A stretch of 64,000 nucleotides of DNA from Dictyostelium discoideum (Eukaryota), in the NCBI GenBank assembly GCA_000004695.1, contig CM000152.2:1216001-1280000 (forward strand), read 5' to 3'. How positions within the stretch are numbered: position 1 is the stretch's first letter; every line of letters starts with the position of its first letter. The position numbers were made by a program, and so were the translations under genes. The notes under the pieces were generated by a model. It saw nothing but the letters and a program-made list of their open reading frames with translations, was not told the DNA's origin and made no database searches. Below are positions 28,981 to 43,998 of the stretch, piece by piece.

Positions 28981-29041
<61 letters not shown>

Positions 29042-29050
29042 AAATAGAAA
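28903..29050. repeat. (AAT)n microsatellite in the spacer between the two FPPS paralogs
   Basis: Direct reading. Produces the artefactual ORF 28903..29094. Confidence 0.85.
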
Positions 29051-29342
29051 TGATAAAAAAAAATAAGAAATTTAAAGAAAATGAAAATAAATAATTTTTA
29101 ATGCAATTGTAAAAAAAATAATTAAATGTGGATTTAATATTTTATTTTTTTATTTTTTTTATTAGGTGGTATTAATATATAATTAATATTATCCGATAAT
29201 TATTTTTTTAAAAAAAATCTTAATGTGGTTAAAAAGGTTTGTTGTATATAATAATAAGTTTTATTATTATTTGGTAGTTATTGTAATTGAGAATTACTGA
29301 CAGGACTTACTTGTGGGATGACAATATAACCTTTAACAGACT

Positions 29343-29377
<35 letters not shown>

Positions 29378-29548
29378 TCAGTCAAAAAAATTTGGAAATA
29401 ATCACAACAGTTTAAAATTTAATTTTTGTAATTATTATTTTTTTTTTAATTATTTTTTAATTTTATTGTATTGTTATTATTATTATTATTATTTTTTTTT
29501 TTTAAAAAAAAAATTTAAATATTTTTAAAATAGAAAATAAAAAAAAAT

Positions 29549-31206
29549 TTATAAATCTCTTTTATAAATCTTTGATAATAATTTAATGAAAACTTCTTGT
29601 GGCATAATTCTAACTGATTTGATCTTACTGATAAGGAAAGCATAGGATTCATCTTCATAATCTTTGAAGATCTTTTTGAGACCAATTTCACCATAAATCT
29701 TTTTAACTAATTCTACATCAGTTGGATTATCGAGACCATAATGTTTTTTTAATAAATTGATTTGTTCTGGTGTACCATTGAGAATTGCTTGACAAATCAT
29801 CCATGAACATTTATTCTCTTCAATATCTCTACCAATTTTACCAATAACAGCTGGTGAACCATAACAATCTAAGAAATCATCTTGAACTTGGAAGAATTCA
29901 CCCATTGGTAATAAAATATCTTTTGCTGTTGAAAATGCTGGTGTACTAGTAATACCTGCCATTAACATTGCTAATGCAACTGGTAAATAAAATGAATAAT
30001 ATGCAGTTTTATATTTAACAATACGACGATAACTTTTAAATAAAAAAAAAAATATATTAGTATTTTGTATATATAATAAATATTTAATATATATATATAT
30101 ATATATATAATCTAAAAATATATATTTACGTATTTAAAGTGAATAATGAGAAATCACCTCTATTTGGTTGAGTTGTTAAATCTAATAATTGACCTAATTC
30201 AGTTTGATAAGATGTTTCATGGAAAATATCTAAGATATCAGCATAGTATGGTTCATTTCTAAAGTATTTTTTAATGAGGATATAGATGCAAGATTCCAAG
30301 ATGAAAGAATCATTAATTGCAATTGAACCAATGGTACCATTGTTTGAGATTGGATTTGCTTGTCTATACCAACATGGTTGACCTCTACGAGTGATCGATT
30401 GATCCATAATATCATCAGCAACTAAAAAGAATGCTTGAAGCCATTCGACACACCAACCTAAAACATTTGCTAAAAAGATTTCGCTACGTGATAATTGACG
30501 ACCTTCAACTAATAATTGAAGTGAGTGGAGTACGGTGAGACCACGATTCATTTTACCACCTGAAACATTAACATTGATCATCTTTTCAACCCATGCAATT
30601 GTTTGTGGTGGCATGTCCATACCTGGTAATTCCTTTAAGATTTCATTGGTTAAAATTGGGAAAATCTCCACAAAATCTGCTAATTCTTCTTTTGCTGTCT
30701 TTATTGGTGCTGATGTTTGGTTCATGTTTAATTCTAAATATAAAAACAAATATAAAAATATAGAATAAAAAAATAAAAAATAAAAAAAAATAAAAAAATA
30801 AAAAATTGTTTTTTTTTTTTTTAAACAATTAAACAATTTAAAAAAAGAAGGGGTTTTTAAATGGGATAAAAAAAAAAAAAATAAAAAAAAAAATAAAAAT
30901 TTATAAAAAAAAAAATGGGTTAATATTTTTGAGTTAAGGCACAACACAATACAAATAAGGTTATGTAAGTAACATAATAAAAAAAATAAATAAATAAAAA
31001 AAAACAATAAATTTTTTTTTTAACAAAAGAAAATAAAAATAAAAAAATTAAAAATAAAAATTTTATGATTATTAATTTTTTTTTTTTTTTTTTTTTTATA
31101 ATTTAATTAAAAATAGAAAATCTATTAATAGTTTATAATACAAACCTGAAGTTGGAGCTAAGTGTTCAGATATCATAGCAGCTCTTTGGAGTGATTGGTT
31201 GTTCAT
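29549..31206 (-). CDS. fps: farnesyl diphosphate synthase (predicted 382 aa if the 5' mini-exon is used), 3 exons: complement(29549..30032, 30130..30733, 31146..31206)
   Basis: GGKMNRG, LVADDIMD and FQVQDDFLD motifs. The GTAAAT donor (30129) / AAAAG acceptor (30033) give ...FTLNT|YRRIVKYKTAYYSFYLPVALAM. Upstream minus-strand ATG 31206-31204 encodes MNNQSLQRAAMISEHLAPTS. It joins in frame via a GTTTGT donor (31145) and TATTTAG acceptor (30734) to ...ELNMNQTSAPIK. The 412-bp intron makes this first exon less certain (about 0.4). Total 1149 nt = 382 aa, which matches my recollection of Dictyostelium FPS length. Confidence 0.8.
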
Positions 31207-31274
31207 TTGTTATTTATGACAATCGTCTATTTTTTCAAAACGTGATAAAAACAAAAATAAAAAAAAAAAAATCA

Positions 31275-31318
<44 letters not shown>

Positions 31319-31335
31319 AAAAAATGAAAAAAAAT

Positions 31336-31367
<32 letters not shown>

Positions 31368-32050
31368 TAAAATAAAATAAAGGTTTCCCACTTATCAATG
31401 ATTGAAAGTTATTTGTTCTATTTTTATTTATTTTTATTCATTTTTTTATTTTTTATTTTTTATTTTTTTATGTTCTGTTTTAAATTTAATTTAAAAAATA
31501 AACCAATTATGATAATTGTAGACTCCAATTTTATTTTGAATTAATTTTTTAATTTTTTTTTTTGAAAACACACAATTTTGAATTTCCCGCTTTTTTTTCA
31601 CAGTTATAATTTGAAAAAAATGTTTTTATTTTTTTCTTTTTTTTTTTAATTAAATTAATTTTTTTCTTTTTTTTTTTTAATATTTTTTTTTCTTATTCTA
31701 ATTTTTTTTTTTTTTTTTTTTTTTTTTTCTCTATAATTAATTAAACTGAATATCAATCTATATATTAATTTTTAACAAACAAATAAACAAAAAAAAAATA
31801 AAAATAAAAATAAAAAAAAAAAAAAAATAATAAATTAATAAATTAATTGGAAAAAAAAAAAAAAAAAAAAAAAGAAATAATAAATCGGAACATGTAAGTT
31901 ATACAACACTTTATCAATTTTAATTTTTTTTTTTTTTTTTCCTATATAAACATATAAATACATAGATGGGATTCGAAGTTAACTTTTTTTTTTTTTTTTT
32001 TTTTTTTTCCAATTAATTTATACATCATTTTTAATAGTAAAATTTAAAAA

Positions 32051-32314
32051 ATGGCAACTCCATCAAAATCTACAAAAATTTTAAAAAACAAAGAAATTAA
32101 GATCATTGAAGAGAGAAGTAAAGAAAATGTAATCACTGATAAAGAGAATATGAGTTCAATGACACCTGGTTCAAAGAAAAATTGTATGAAAGAATATTTA
32201 AAATCATCTTTATTAAATGATAATAAAAATAATCCACTAAAAGAAAATAATAATTTATTAAATCAATTAAATAATGCCACTAATAATAATAATAATAATG
32301 AAATTAAAAAACAA

Positions 32315-32347
<33 letters not shown>

Positions 32348-34768
32348 AAACAACAAAAACAAAATTTACAAACAAACTCACAAAGACAAGAACAACCAAA
32401 ATTTAAATCATTATTAGATAATGATGGTATATTTTTTGAACAATCAACATTAACTGAAAAAATATTAGCCAAAATGGTTAAAAGAAGAGGTTCAGTTTTA
32501 ATCGATGATCCAGCCAAAATGAAAAGGGAGATGATTATCGAATCATCTACAATTATTCTTCAATCATTCTTTAGAATGATCCATCAAAGAAAAATATATC
32601 AAAGAACAATTAAAGAAAACAAAGAGAGATTGGAAGCTGAACGCCTCGAAAAAGAGAGATTAGAAGCTGAACGCCTCGAAAAAGAGAAATTAGAAGCTGA
32701 ACGTTTGGAAAAAGAGAAATTGGAAGCTGAACGTTTAGAAAAGGAGAGGTTAGAAGCTGAACGTTTTGAAAAAGAGAGATTAGAATCTGAACGTCTCGAA
32801 AAAGAGAGATTAGAAGCTGAACGTCTCGAAAAAGAAAAATTAGAGGCTGAACGTTTGGAAAAAGAGAAATTAGAAGCTGAACGTCTCGAAAAAGAGAGAT
32901 TGGAAGCTGAACGTCTCGAAAAAGAGAGATTAGAAGCTGAACGTCTCGAAAAAGAAAAATTAGAAGCTGAACGTTTAGAAAAAGAGAAATTAGAAGCTGA
33001 ACGTTTGGAAAAAGAGAAATTAGAAGCTGAACGTCTCGAAAAAGAGAGATTAGAGGCTGAACGTTTGGAAAAAGAGAAATTAGAAGCTGAACGTTTAGAA
33101 AAAGAGAGATTAGAAGCTGAACGTCTCGAAAAAGAAAAATTAGAAGCTGAACGTTTGGAAAAAGAAAGAATTGAAAATGAAATATTGGAAGCTGAACGTT
33201 TGGAAAGATTGGAAATGGAAAAAATTGAAATTGAAAGATTGGAAAAACAACGTTTACAAGAGGAACAAATCAAAGAAAAAGAAATGAAAAGATTAGAGAA
33301 AGAAAAAAGATTAGAGCACCAAAAGGAATTGGAAAGACTCGATAGAGAAAGAATAAGAGCCGAACGTTTGGAAAAAGAAAGATTGGAGGCTGAGCGCCTA
33401 GAAAAAGAGAGACTTGTAATAAAGAAATTAAAAAAAGAAAAAGAGATTCAATTAGAAAATGAAAGATTACAATCACTTAAACAAAAACAAAAACAAGAAG
33501 AAGAAGAAGAGGAAGAAGAAGAAGAAGAGGAAGAAGGAGAAGAAGAAGATGATGATGATGAAATTGAAGAAGAAGAAGAGGAAGAACAAAAATCAAATGT
33601 AGAAGAGGGAGAAGAAGAAGAAGAAGAAGAGGAAGAAGAAGATGATGATGAGATTAAACAAGAAGAAGAAGAAGAGGAAGAGGAAGAGGAAGATTCAATA
33701 ATAACTCCAAAAAATTCATCAATAATTAAAGAGGAGGTTACATCAGATATTGAAGAATTAGAAACTGATACATCATTTCAATATTCATCAGCCAACTCTT
33801 CAATGATGACTGCTGATCAAGATGAGGAAGAAGAGGATAAGGATGATAAAAAGAAGAATGAGTCATCAAAAGGTGTAACAAAAACTCATAAAGTTGATGA
33901 TCCAAAAGTATTATCAACAAAATCTTCAACTTTGGCAGCTACTTCCACAAGTAGACAATCTACATTACCAAAAACAACTATTACATCACCAATCAATTCA
34001 TCCTTTTCAAAGAAATCGCCAACTTTATCCACAACTGAAATTGATAGTAAATGGAAAGCAAAAATTGAGTCAATAAAATCAAAAACAACCACTGCATCAC
34101 CAACAACAACATCAACAAAAACTTCACCAACAACAACAACAAAAACAAAAACATCTCCAACAACAAATACATCACCAGTTTTAAAAAGTTCAACTGGTTT
34201 AATTTCAACCCCTCGTGTGATAATGACAAGATCAAAAACAGTTGCTCCACTTCCAGATAAGATTGGTTCTTCAGTTCTTTCAACAAAGAAAAGACCACTT
34301 CAATCTCCTGATACCCAATTGGAAGATCCAAATAAAGTCCAAAGGACCTCAACCAATTTGGCAGCATCAACTAACTTGGCAACAGCATCAATTGAAGAGA
34401 AAAGAAAAAAATTGATCGATTTACAAAATTTAAAGAAAAAAATTACAGAGAAAAGTGTAAATCCTACCACTACCACTACCACCACCAATACTACTCCCAC
34501 TAATAATACGACTACAAAGACAGTTTCTCCAATTCCATCACCAACTTTAACTTCATCAGTTGGCACCAAATCAAAATCTATTCCACCAATTAGTATCACA
34601 TCTAATGCTACAACAACTTCAAATAGATCAACTGCCAGCACACTTTCAACTGTAAAAAGACCAATTGTCAGAAAAACAGCAACAAATCCAAGCTTGGTTT
34701 CTTCAAAAGGTTCTCTCAAAGAACCAATTCCAAAGACTTCATCAACTTCAAAGAAATCAACAAAATAA
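32051..34768 (+). CDS. hypothetical protein (905 aa) with about 17 tandem 11-aa LEAERLEKE(K/R) repeats, poly-E acidic block and Ser/Thr-rich C-terminal half
   Basis: Single ORF, ATG 32051 verified, TAA 34766-34768. Encoded by a 33-bp tandem DNA repeat 32629-33180. Basic IQ-like segment [15 protein letters not shown] precedes the repeats. Confidence 0.75.
32629..33180 (+). repeat. 33-bp coding tandem repeat (about 17 copies) GAAGCTGAACGyyTsGAAAAAGArArATTrGAA encoding LEAERLEKE(K/R)
   Basis: Near-perfect tandem units are visible line after line. Third-position variation (CGCCTC/CGTCTC/CGTTTG) suggests purifying selection on the peptide. Confidence 0.9.
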
Positions 34769-35131
34769 TTTTTTTAAAAAAAAAAAACAAAAAAAAAAAC
34801 AAAAAAAAAAAAAAAAAAAAAAAACATTGTTGCTTAAAATCTATATCTAATCTCAATTTTCTTATACCTATTCTTTTTTTATATAAACATAGTTAAAATT
34901 TGGCTTTTTCAACTAAAATTTAAATAAAATCATTATTTTTTAAAAATATCTTTTCATTTTAGATTTATTGGTTTTTTTTTTGTTATTTTATTTTTAAAGT
35001 GTTTTTTTTTTTTTTTTTTTCATTATTTTTCACTTTTTTTTCATTTTTTTTTTCATTAAATTAAAAAAATAAAAAAATCAATAATATATATATTACACAC
35101 CTTCGTTTCTTTTTTTTTTTTTATTTTATTT

Positions 35132-35172
<41 letters not shown>

Positions 35173-35220
35173 TTCTCAACTATAGGAATATAGGAATATA
35201 TATATATATATAAACAGAAA

Positions 35221-36764
<1,544 letters not shown>

Positions 36765-36778
36765 ATTGTTTTAATAAA

Positions 36779-36809
<31 letters not shown>

Positions 36810-36982
36810 AATAGTAAAATAGTAAATATACCCTATTTTATTTTATCTTTAAAAATATCTATGTTTTTATTATGTATCTATTTTATTGGTTTGTTTTAAA
36901 TTACATATATATATTTTAGAGAATGGTTTTTATTTTTTTATTATTTATTATTTATTATTTATTATTTATTTATTATTTTATT

Positions 36983-39900
36983 TTAATGATCAAAATTATC
37001 ACTGAATTTTTGGATATAACGTTTTGCAACACCAGAGAAAGCTAAACTAATTGGACTATCTGGATTACGTCTGGTTAAAGCAGTTGCAATAACTTTTAAT
37101 ATTAAAGAGAATTCTTTTAAAAGAGTCCAAAGATCACTTTCTTTAATTTTGTTATCTTCAATTAATGGTTTCTTTTGTGAGTGTTTATAAAAATCCAAAA
37201 GGTATGAATTAACTGGAGAACCATCGACATTACAATAAGGTAAGATACGAGTTGAGAAATAAGTATTCGAACCAAGGATATTTTTCAATTTCTTTAAATT
37301 TGAAACCTTGAAAATACCAGAAAGTAAATCACCAGTATTGAAATTTTCAGTGGATGGTTTTAACTTTTCAAAGTTTTCATTCCATTTGTTTGTAATTGTT
37401 GATGTTGTCGCTGTTGTTGTTGTTGTTGTTGTTTTTTGAGAGTCTTTTAAATCATTTGATGAAAATGGTAAGAAATCATTGGTAGACTTTAAATATTTCT
37501 TATAAACGTAAAGGTAGGTTGAAAATGTTTTTAATAATCTATCATTATGATTTTTTATAATTTTGTGGACAGTTGGTGGTAATGGAGGAAGTATTAAAAT
37601 TGAAGGTGATCTAACATAAATTGATGGAATATTTTGAACACAAAATAAGTATGAAAGGATATGAATAATGAAGTAATCACAATCCTTTTGATTGGTTGGT
37701 AAATTATCAAATACACCACCCTTTAACAATGAAACAAAAGTAAAGTTAAATGGTTCTAAATAACTGAGATGGGTGACAATACCACTAAAGTTATCCATTG
37801 GAACACAGTCTTTAGATAAATAAGTTTCTCTATACAAATAATCAATTGAAAAAAGGAATTGGAATTGAACTTGAAGTGGATTACCTAAAAAGAATGAATT
37901 ATTTAAAAGTGATTTTGTTGATTTCTTTAAAATTTGAACATCTAATATATCTTCAGAACTTAATTTTTTTAAGCTTGTAGTTGTAGGTGTTTTTGTGGTT
38001 GTTGTAGTTGCTGGTGTATTTTCAGTTGTTGTAGTTGTAGGTGTAGTTGCAGGTGTTGTTTTGGTTGATTCCGCTGTTTCTTCTTCGTCATCATCCCAAT
38101 TATCAGCAACAGTAATTTCTTTTTTATCATCATCATCATCCCAATTATCAGCAATAGTTTCTTTCTCTTTCTCTTTTTCTTTTTCTTTTTCTTTTTCTTT
38201 TTCTCTTTCTTTTTCATTTTCTTTAACTTGAACTTTATTTTCTTCATTTGATTTATTAGCTGAGCCATTGGTAGAATAATCATATCTACTAACTAAAGAT
38301 AAACATAATGATGGAGAGACAACTGAATTACCAATGATATTTGATAATCTTGAATTAAGTAATCTGTTTATTTTTTGTTTTGGTAAGCCTACGAAAATTA
38401 CATTACCATAGTTATCAAAACCACGTCTACCAGCTCTACCAGCACATTGTTTTGAGGTTAAAACATTTAGATAAGGGCTATCACCTAAAAATACAGAGGA
38501 TTTAGCGGGAGCGTTAACACCAACGGCAAGTGTTGAAGTTGCAAATACCACTTGAATCTTTTTACTTCTAAATAGATATTCAACATTTCTAAGATAGTTT
38601 TTATCACAACCACCATGATGTGCGGCAATACCTTGTGTTAAAGCAGGTGCAAGTGGATCTTTCTTTACCTTTTCATCTATATCTGATGATAATAAATTAC
38701 CAAATTGAGGTTTTAAATAATCTAAAGAGGCTCTTTTTGCTTTTAATCTCTCCAATTCCATCTTTTCTGGATCATTTGGTTCTAAATCAGCCAAAGCACG
38801 ACCTAATGATTTTTGGAATCTTTCAATGACTAGATCCAATTGTTTCTTCTCTTCAATGATATTTGGATTTGTATTTCTATGAGTGATATCATTATATACT
38901 CTTTGAGCCAATCTAGAACATAAACTACGATTGAATGAAAAGAAAAGAGCTGGTAAAAGATCTTGCTTTTGAAGTTCCAATACAATATTTGTAATTTCAG
39001 AGGCCCAATCAAATTTCAATGAATCATTATATTTTGGACTAGTTAAAGCTTTGACAACCAATTGTTTCTCTGTCATAGATGGTAAGTTTGTGTAGAATTG
39101 TTTCAATTCTGCCTGATAGATTTCTATGTGTTGTTTCTCTAAATTGAATTGTTTATTTGGAATATTTGCAAAGAATTTAACAGGATCCAAATGGTTTACT
39201 TTTTCATAACCAAGCTTTTCTTTCAAAACCTGATACATTTGAATTGCTTCACCAGCTATTAATTTCAAATCTGGTGATATATCAGAGAGACCAGTTTTCT
39301 TTTGATCTAAAGTTGCCATTGGATGTAATGGTTCAATGGTATAGGTTGGAAAGCTCTTATTATCTTTTGCAGGAGTTTGACAAAGGAAAAAGTTTTTCAA
39401 ATCATTGAAACGACTTTGATAATGAATCAATGATACTTTTCTATTTGGATCAATCTTTTTCAAAAAGTTATGAAAATCTGTTAAATTACCCAATGTGGCT
39501 GATAATGCTAAAAATGGAGCAGGATTGAAAACTAACAATCTCTCCCAAATGGCACCATCGACAGAGGAAGCAATTTGATGAACTTCATCAAAGATTATAT
39601 ATCTACAACGTTGAATAAAGTGAGTGTTCATAATGGAGAGGAATAAAATCTCTAAACATTGTGGAACTGTAATTAAGATTTGACAAGTTTCAATGTTTAA
39701 TCTAAAATCTCTTGTGAAAACACCTACCATTTTATGATTTGATGGTCTATGATTTATAGCTTGATAGTTCTTATCATATCTACCCAATACTTCTGCATAC
39801 ATTTGGTTGACCAATGCTTTTGTTGGACAAACGAAAACAACGATACCATCATTACTTTCTTTTAAAATTTGTTCAAAACAATAGAAAGAAATAAAAGTTT

Positions 39901-41357
39901 TACCACTTGATGTACTTGCACAAATTAAAGCTGATTCTCTTTTATCAACAATATCCAACAACTCTACTTGCCAAGCATCAGGTTTAAAATGTCTAACTCT
40001 TGAATCTTCAACTGAACCTGTATTTCTAATTAAAGTATCTGGAGAATGTTTCAATTGAAACTCGATTGAATTCTTTAATTGTTGATTACCAACATCAGAT
40101 TCATCCAATTTTGGTAGTTTCAATTTCCAATGATCATTGATAAAATTTGATAAATCTGATAAACCTATCAATGATTTTGAAATTGTATAAAAACGATTTG
40201 CAAAATCAATTTGTAATTTTGTTGATAAAATTTTAGATTTTTCAGTGATGAAAGATCTTAAATACTTTTGAATCATTTGATAAAATTGTGATTTTTCTTT
40301 AATACCCAATTCGAGTGAAGTTTCAATTTCTTTTTCTTCATACTCTGATAATTCAATATGTGTCTTAGTTTTCGATTGTTGTTTACGTTCTAATAGAATT
40401 GTTCTTTTCTTTTCTTCAATTAAATCTTCTTTTTGTTTCACCAAGAAATTAATTAAATGATCAAAATATTGTAAATACAATTCTGGTAATGAAGTTAATA
40501 AATCTAAATTATTTAAAAACTTTAAAAATGATTTTATTGATTTACAATCATCCAATTCTGATTCATATCTTTTTTTATCTTGATTTAATCTACTCTCCAA
40601 TAGTTTACCTATTTCACTCTTTGGTTTAATAGTTGATGAAGTTGTTGTTGAAGTTGTTGTTGTTGATGATGACGATGATGATGATGATTGTTTTTTATAA
40701 GATTTTTTTGAATCTTCTTTTTCTTTTTTAATTCTTTCTTTTTCCAACTCTTCTTTTGTTGGATTTAATTTATTGATAATTAAAATATTTCTTGGATCAT
40801 TTAAAGAGTCTGCATACTTTTTAAATGAGCCAACTGATTTATCCTCTGCACGTTGTTTATGTTTTTTAGTCTTAAAAGTGGTCTCTTTTAATTTGATACT
40901 GAATGCATCTGGTTCAATTGTACGTGTTGAATGAAAATGATAATTATCAATGAATCTTGTATTGATTGTTGATTCAGCATCTGGATAATTTTCACTTTGG
41001 AATGGTTTTAAATATTCATAAGCCTGTGGTGCAACTGATCTAATGAAATCATTCTCTACTAAATAGATACTATTATCAATTGAATTAATCTCTTTTGTTC
41101 TTCTTTCCATTTCTTGAATAATATCATTTAAATTATTATTTCTATCTTGAAAATTTGAAAATAATTCAAAATTATCAAATTCACCAATATCATAACCAAA
41201 ATCTTTTTTTACATTATTCCAAATTAATTTTGATTTAATTATAATTTCTTCACCAAATATATTATTTAATTCATTTAAATCTTTTGGTAATTTAATTTGA
41301 ATTTGAATTAAAATTTGATAAAATAATTTAAAATCTAAATAATCTAAATTTATATTT

Positions 41358-41403
<46 letters not shown>

Positions 41404-42539
41404 TACTACTACTACTACTATCACTAACTTGTTGTAAATATAATAAATTTTTATATGAAGCATTGTCTAAAAAATTTAAAACATTTTCATCAATTTTATA
41501 ACATGTTGGTAATATAAAACCTCTATCTCTAATTGATAATGATTCTAATAAAACTAAATAAATACAATAGATTCTATTTAAATTATTTGATATATCATTA
41601 TTGAACATTGTTGAAATAAGTAAATTAATTTCATTATCTCTATTTTCACTTTGTTGTTGATTAAATAAAATTTGATTTTGATCTTTAAAACTTAATTTAT
41701 CAGAATTAAAATTTTCAAATTCATTATTATAAAATGAATCAATTTGTTTGAAAAATTCTTTATTACAAAAGTATGGATAACCTCTTTGAAACATTGTTCC
41801 TTTTCCATAAATTATAGTTTCAATACATGAACCTTCAAATGAGATTGAATTAAATTCTACAACATAATCTAAAAATTTCATTGTTTTTAAAATAAATACC
41901 TCTTGAATATCAACTCGATAATATTTTTCAAATGATTCTTGTGCTGGAAATAAAACCAACATAAATGAAAACATATTCTCTAAAAGATATGATTCAATAC
42001 TACTAAAATCTTCCCACCATTTTGATTTAATTAATGTAAATTGAACATTTGAATTATTTAAAACATTTTTTTTATCATTATTAATATAATAATCAATACA
42101 AATTTTTCTAATTAATTTCTTTTTTAATTTTTAAAAAAAAAAATAAAAAAATTAAAAGTATTAATATTAGTAAAAAGTTTGAAAAAAAATTATAATTTCT
42201 AATTACTAATTATTAATTACTTACTAATGTATTATTTTTATAAAAATATTGATTTTCATCAATAAAAAATATTTGAAATTTTGTTTTTCTATTTAAAACA
42301 TTTGCAATAAAAGATTCGAAATAATGAAAGAATAAAATTGATTGACATTTATCTGTTGATAATAATTGTTTATCTTTTATTTTATGTGATGAAATATTAA
42401 ATGTTGAAAATAGATATAAAATTAAAGAATCACCATCAATAAGAAATGGTTCATCTGCTCCAAAATCTGATAAAACATTAAATGTTTTTGTTGGAAATAA
42501 TAAATCACCTAACATTAATTTTTTTTCAATATTTTCCAT
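36983..42539 (-). CDS. giant DExH-box helicase, DDX60-like (about 1816 aa), 2 exons: complement(36983..42118, 42225..42539)
   Basis: ATG 42539-42537 verified. GTAAGT donor after ...YFYKNNTL (42224) and AAAAAG acceptor (42119) continue in frame into the 1663-aa ORF. Central helicase core: PDAWQVELLDIV...CASTSSGKTFISFYCFEQIL (motif I), IIFDEVHQI (DEVH), and a downstream helicase-C region. Acidic KE/EKE repeats and poly-T/S near the C-terminus. The DDX60-like assignment is from remembered architecture (central helicase in a >1700-aa protein). Confidence 0.7.
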
Positions 42540-42615
42540 TGTAAAAATTATTTGTATATTATTATTATTATTATTTTTAAAAAAAAAAAAAAAAAACTTA
42601 TTTTTTACAGTGAAA

Positions 42616-42647
<32 letters not shown>

Positions 42648-42941
42648 TTGTGTATAATATTTTGAAAAATAAAAAATAAAAAAAAAATAAAAAAAAAAAT
42701 TTTATTTAATAGGTTTAGGGAATCTGTATTTTTACAAATTTGGTTTTTTCCAATAATTGAACAAAACATTTTAATTTTAAAAAATCCAAATTTGGTTACC
42801 TATGTTTAATTTAAAAAATTTAAACATAATTTAACGAATAAAAATAAAAATTAAATTTTAAAAAAAAAAAAACATCGATTTAATTTTTTTAAATCTAAAA
42901 TATATATTTTTATTTTTATTTATTTATTTATTTATTTATTT

Positions 42942-43964
42942 TTAATTAGTTGTTGTTGATTTTAAATTTGATTTTAAAATCATTTCATTTAATTGAATTG
43001 ATTTTAAATGATTATTACCATATACTAAAACTGAATGATTATAAGAATTTGTATAACATTGATTAATAAATTTTAATAAATTTTTAATATCAGAATTTAA
43101 TTTATCAATATCAAGATCTTGTTTATTTTGATTTTGTAATTTTAATTGATTGAATTGATTTCTTTGTTTAATTAATGATAATAGATATTTCTCATTAATT
43201 CTACCTAAATGGTAATAACAATCAACCAATTCACCAGATGTTGAAGATTTGAAAATCGATTCAACATGTCTGGTTAACTCTTTATAATGTTGAATTGATT
43301 GAACCAAGTAATCGAAATTATTGTAAACCAAAGACAACTTTTCAAAAGTTTTCGATAACTTTATATGATAAATTAACCAACATTGATGATTCAAATTCAA
43401 TCTTGACAATACATCTCTTTCAAATTTTAATAATCTTTTTAAAATATTCTCAATTATTGGCATCTCCTGATCAGCAGTTGACAAATTAACATCATTGAAT
43501 AACAATTGCTCACTATTGATAAACTCTTTAAATTCATTGATTCCTGCTAAAATCAATACCAATTCTGGATCCTTATTTCTCTTATTTTGTTTCTTTTTAT
43601 TGAATTCACAAGTGTTACTTGTATTTGAACATTTCCAATTCTCTTGTAATTTCTTTGTATCTTTATTAAAATAAATTTCTGGTGAAATAAATTCAACACC
43701 ATCATTACAATGGAAACAATAAATTGATGATAAATATCTTTCATCCTCTGTTGAATCACTACATCTTGAACATTTACATAAAAAGTTTTTACTATTATAT
43801 AATATTTTTTGTCTTTCAATTGTTGGTAATAATAAATCAACATATGAATCAACAATTTCTTCATCTTTTTCAATTTTTTTACATGCTCTCATTTCTAAAT
43901 TTTTATCTATAAAAAAAAAAAAAAAAAAAAAAGGAGAAATTTTTTATAAAAAATTAGTAATAAT

Positions 43965-43998
<34 letters not shown>

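Noticed and set aside
31961-31990. GGGATTCGAAGTT string reminiscent of a tRNA T-loop
   Set aside because: There is no 70-90-nt GC-rich context, no acceptor-stem complement, and no anticodon arm. The surrounding sequence is homopolymeric AT.
32599-33273. 224-aa minus-strand ORF ([10 protein letters not shown] repeats)
   Set aside because: An antisense reading of the 33-bp ERLEKE tandem repeat. It is open only because the repeat lacks stops in that frame.
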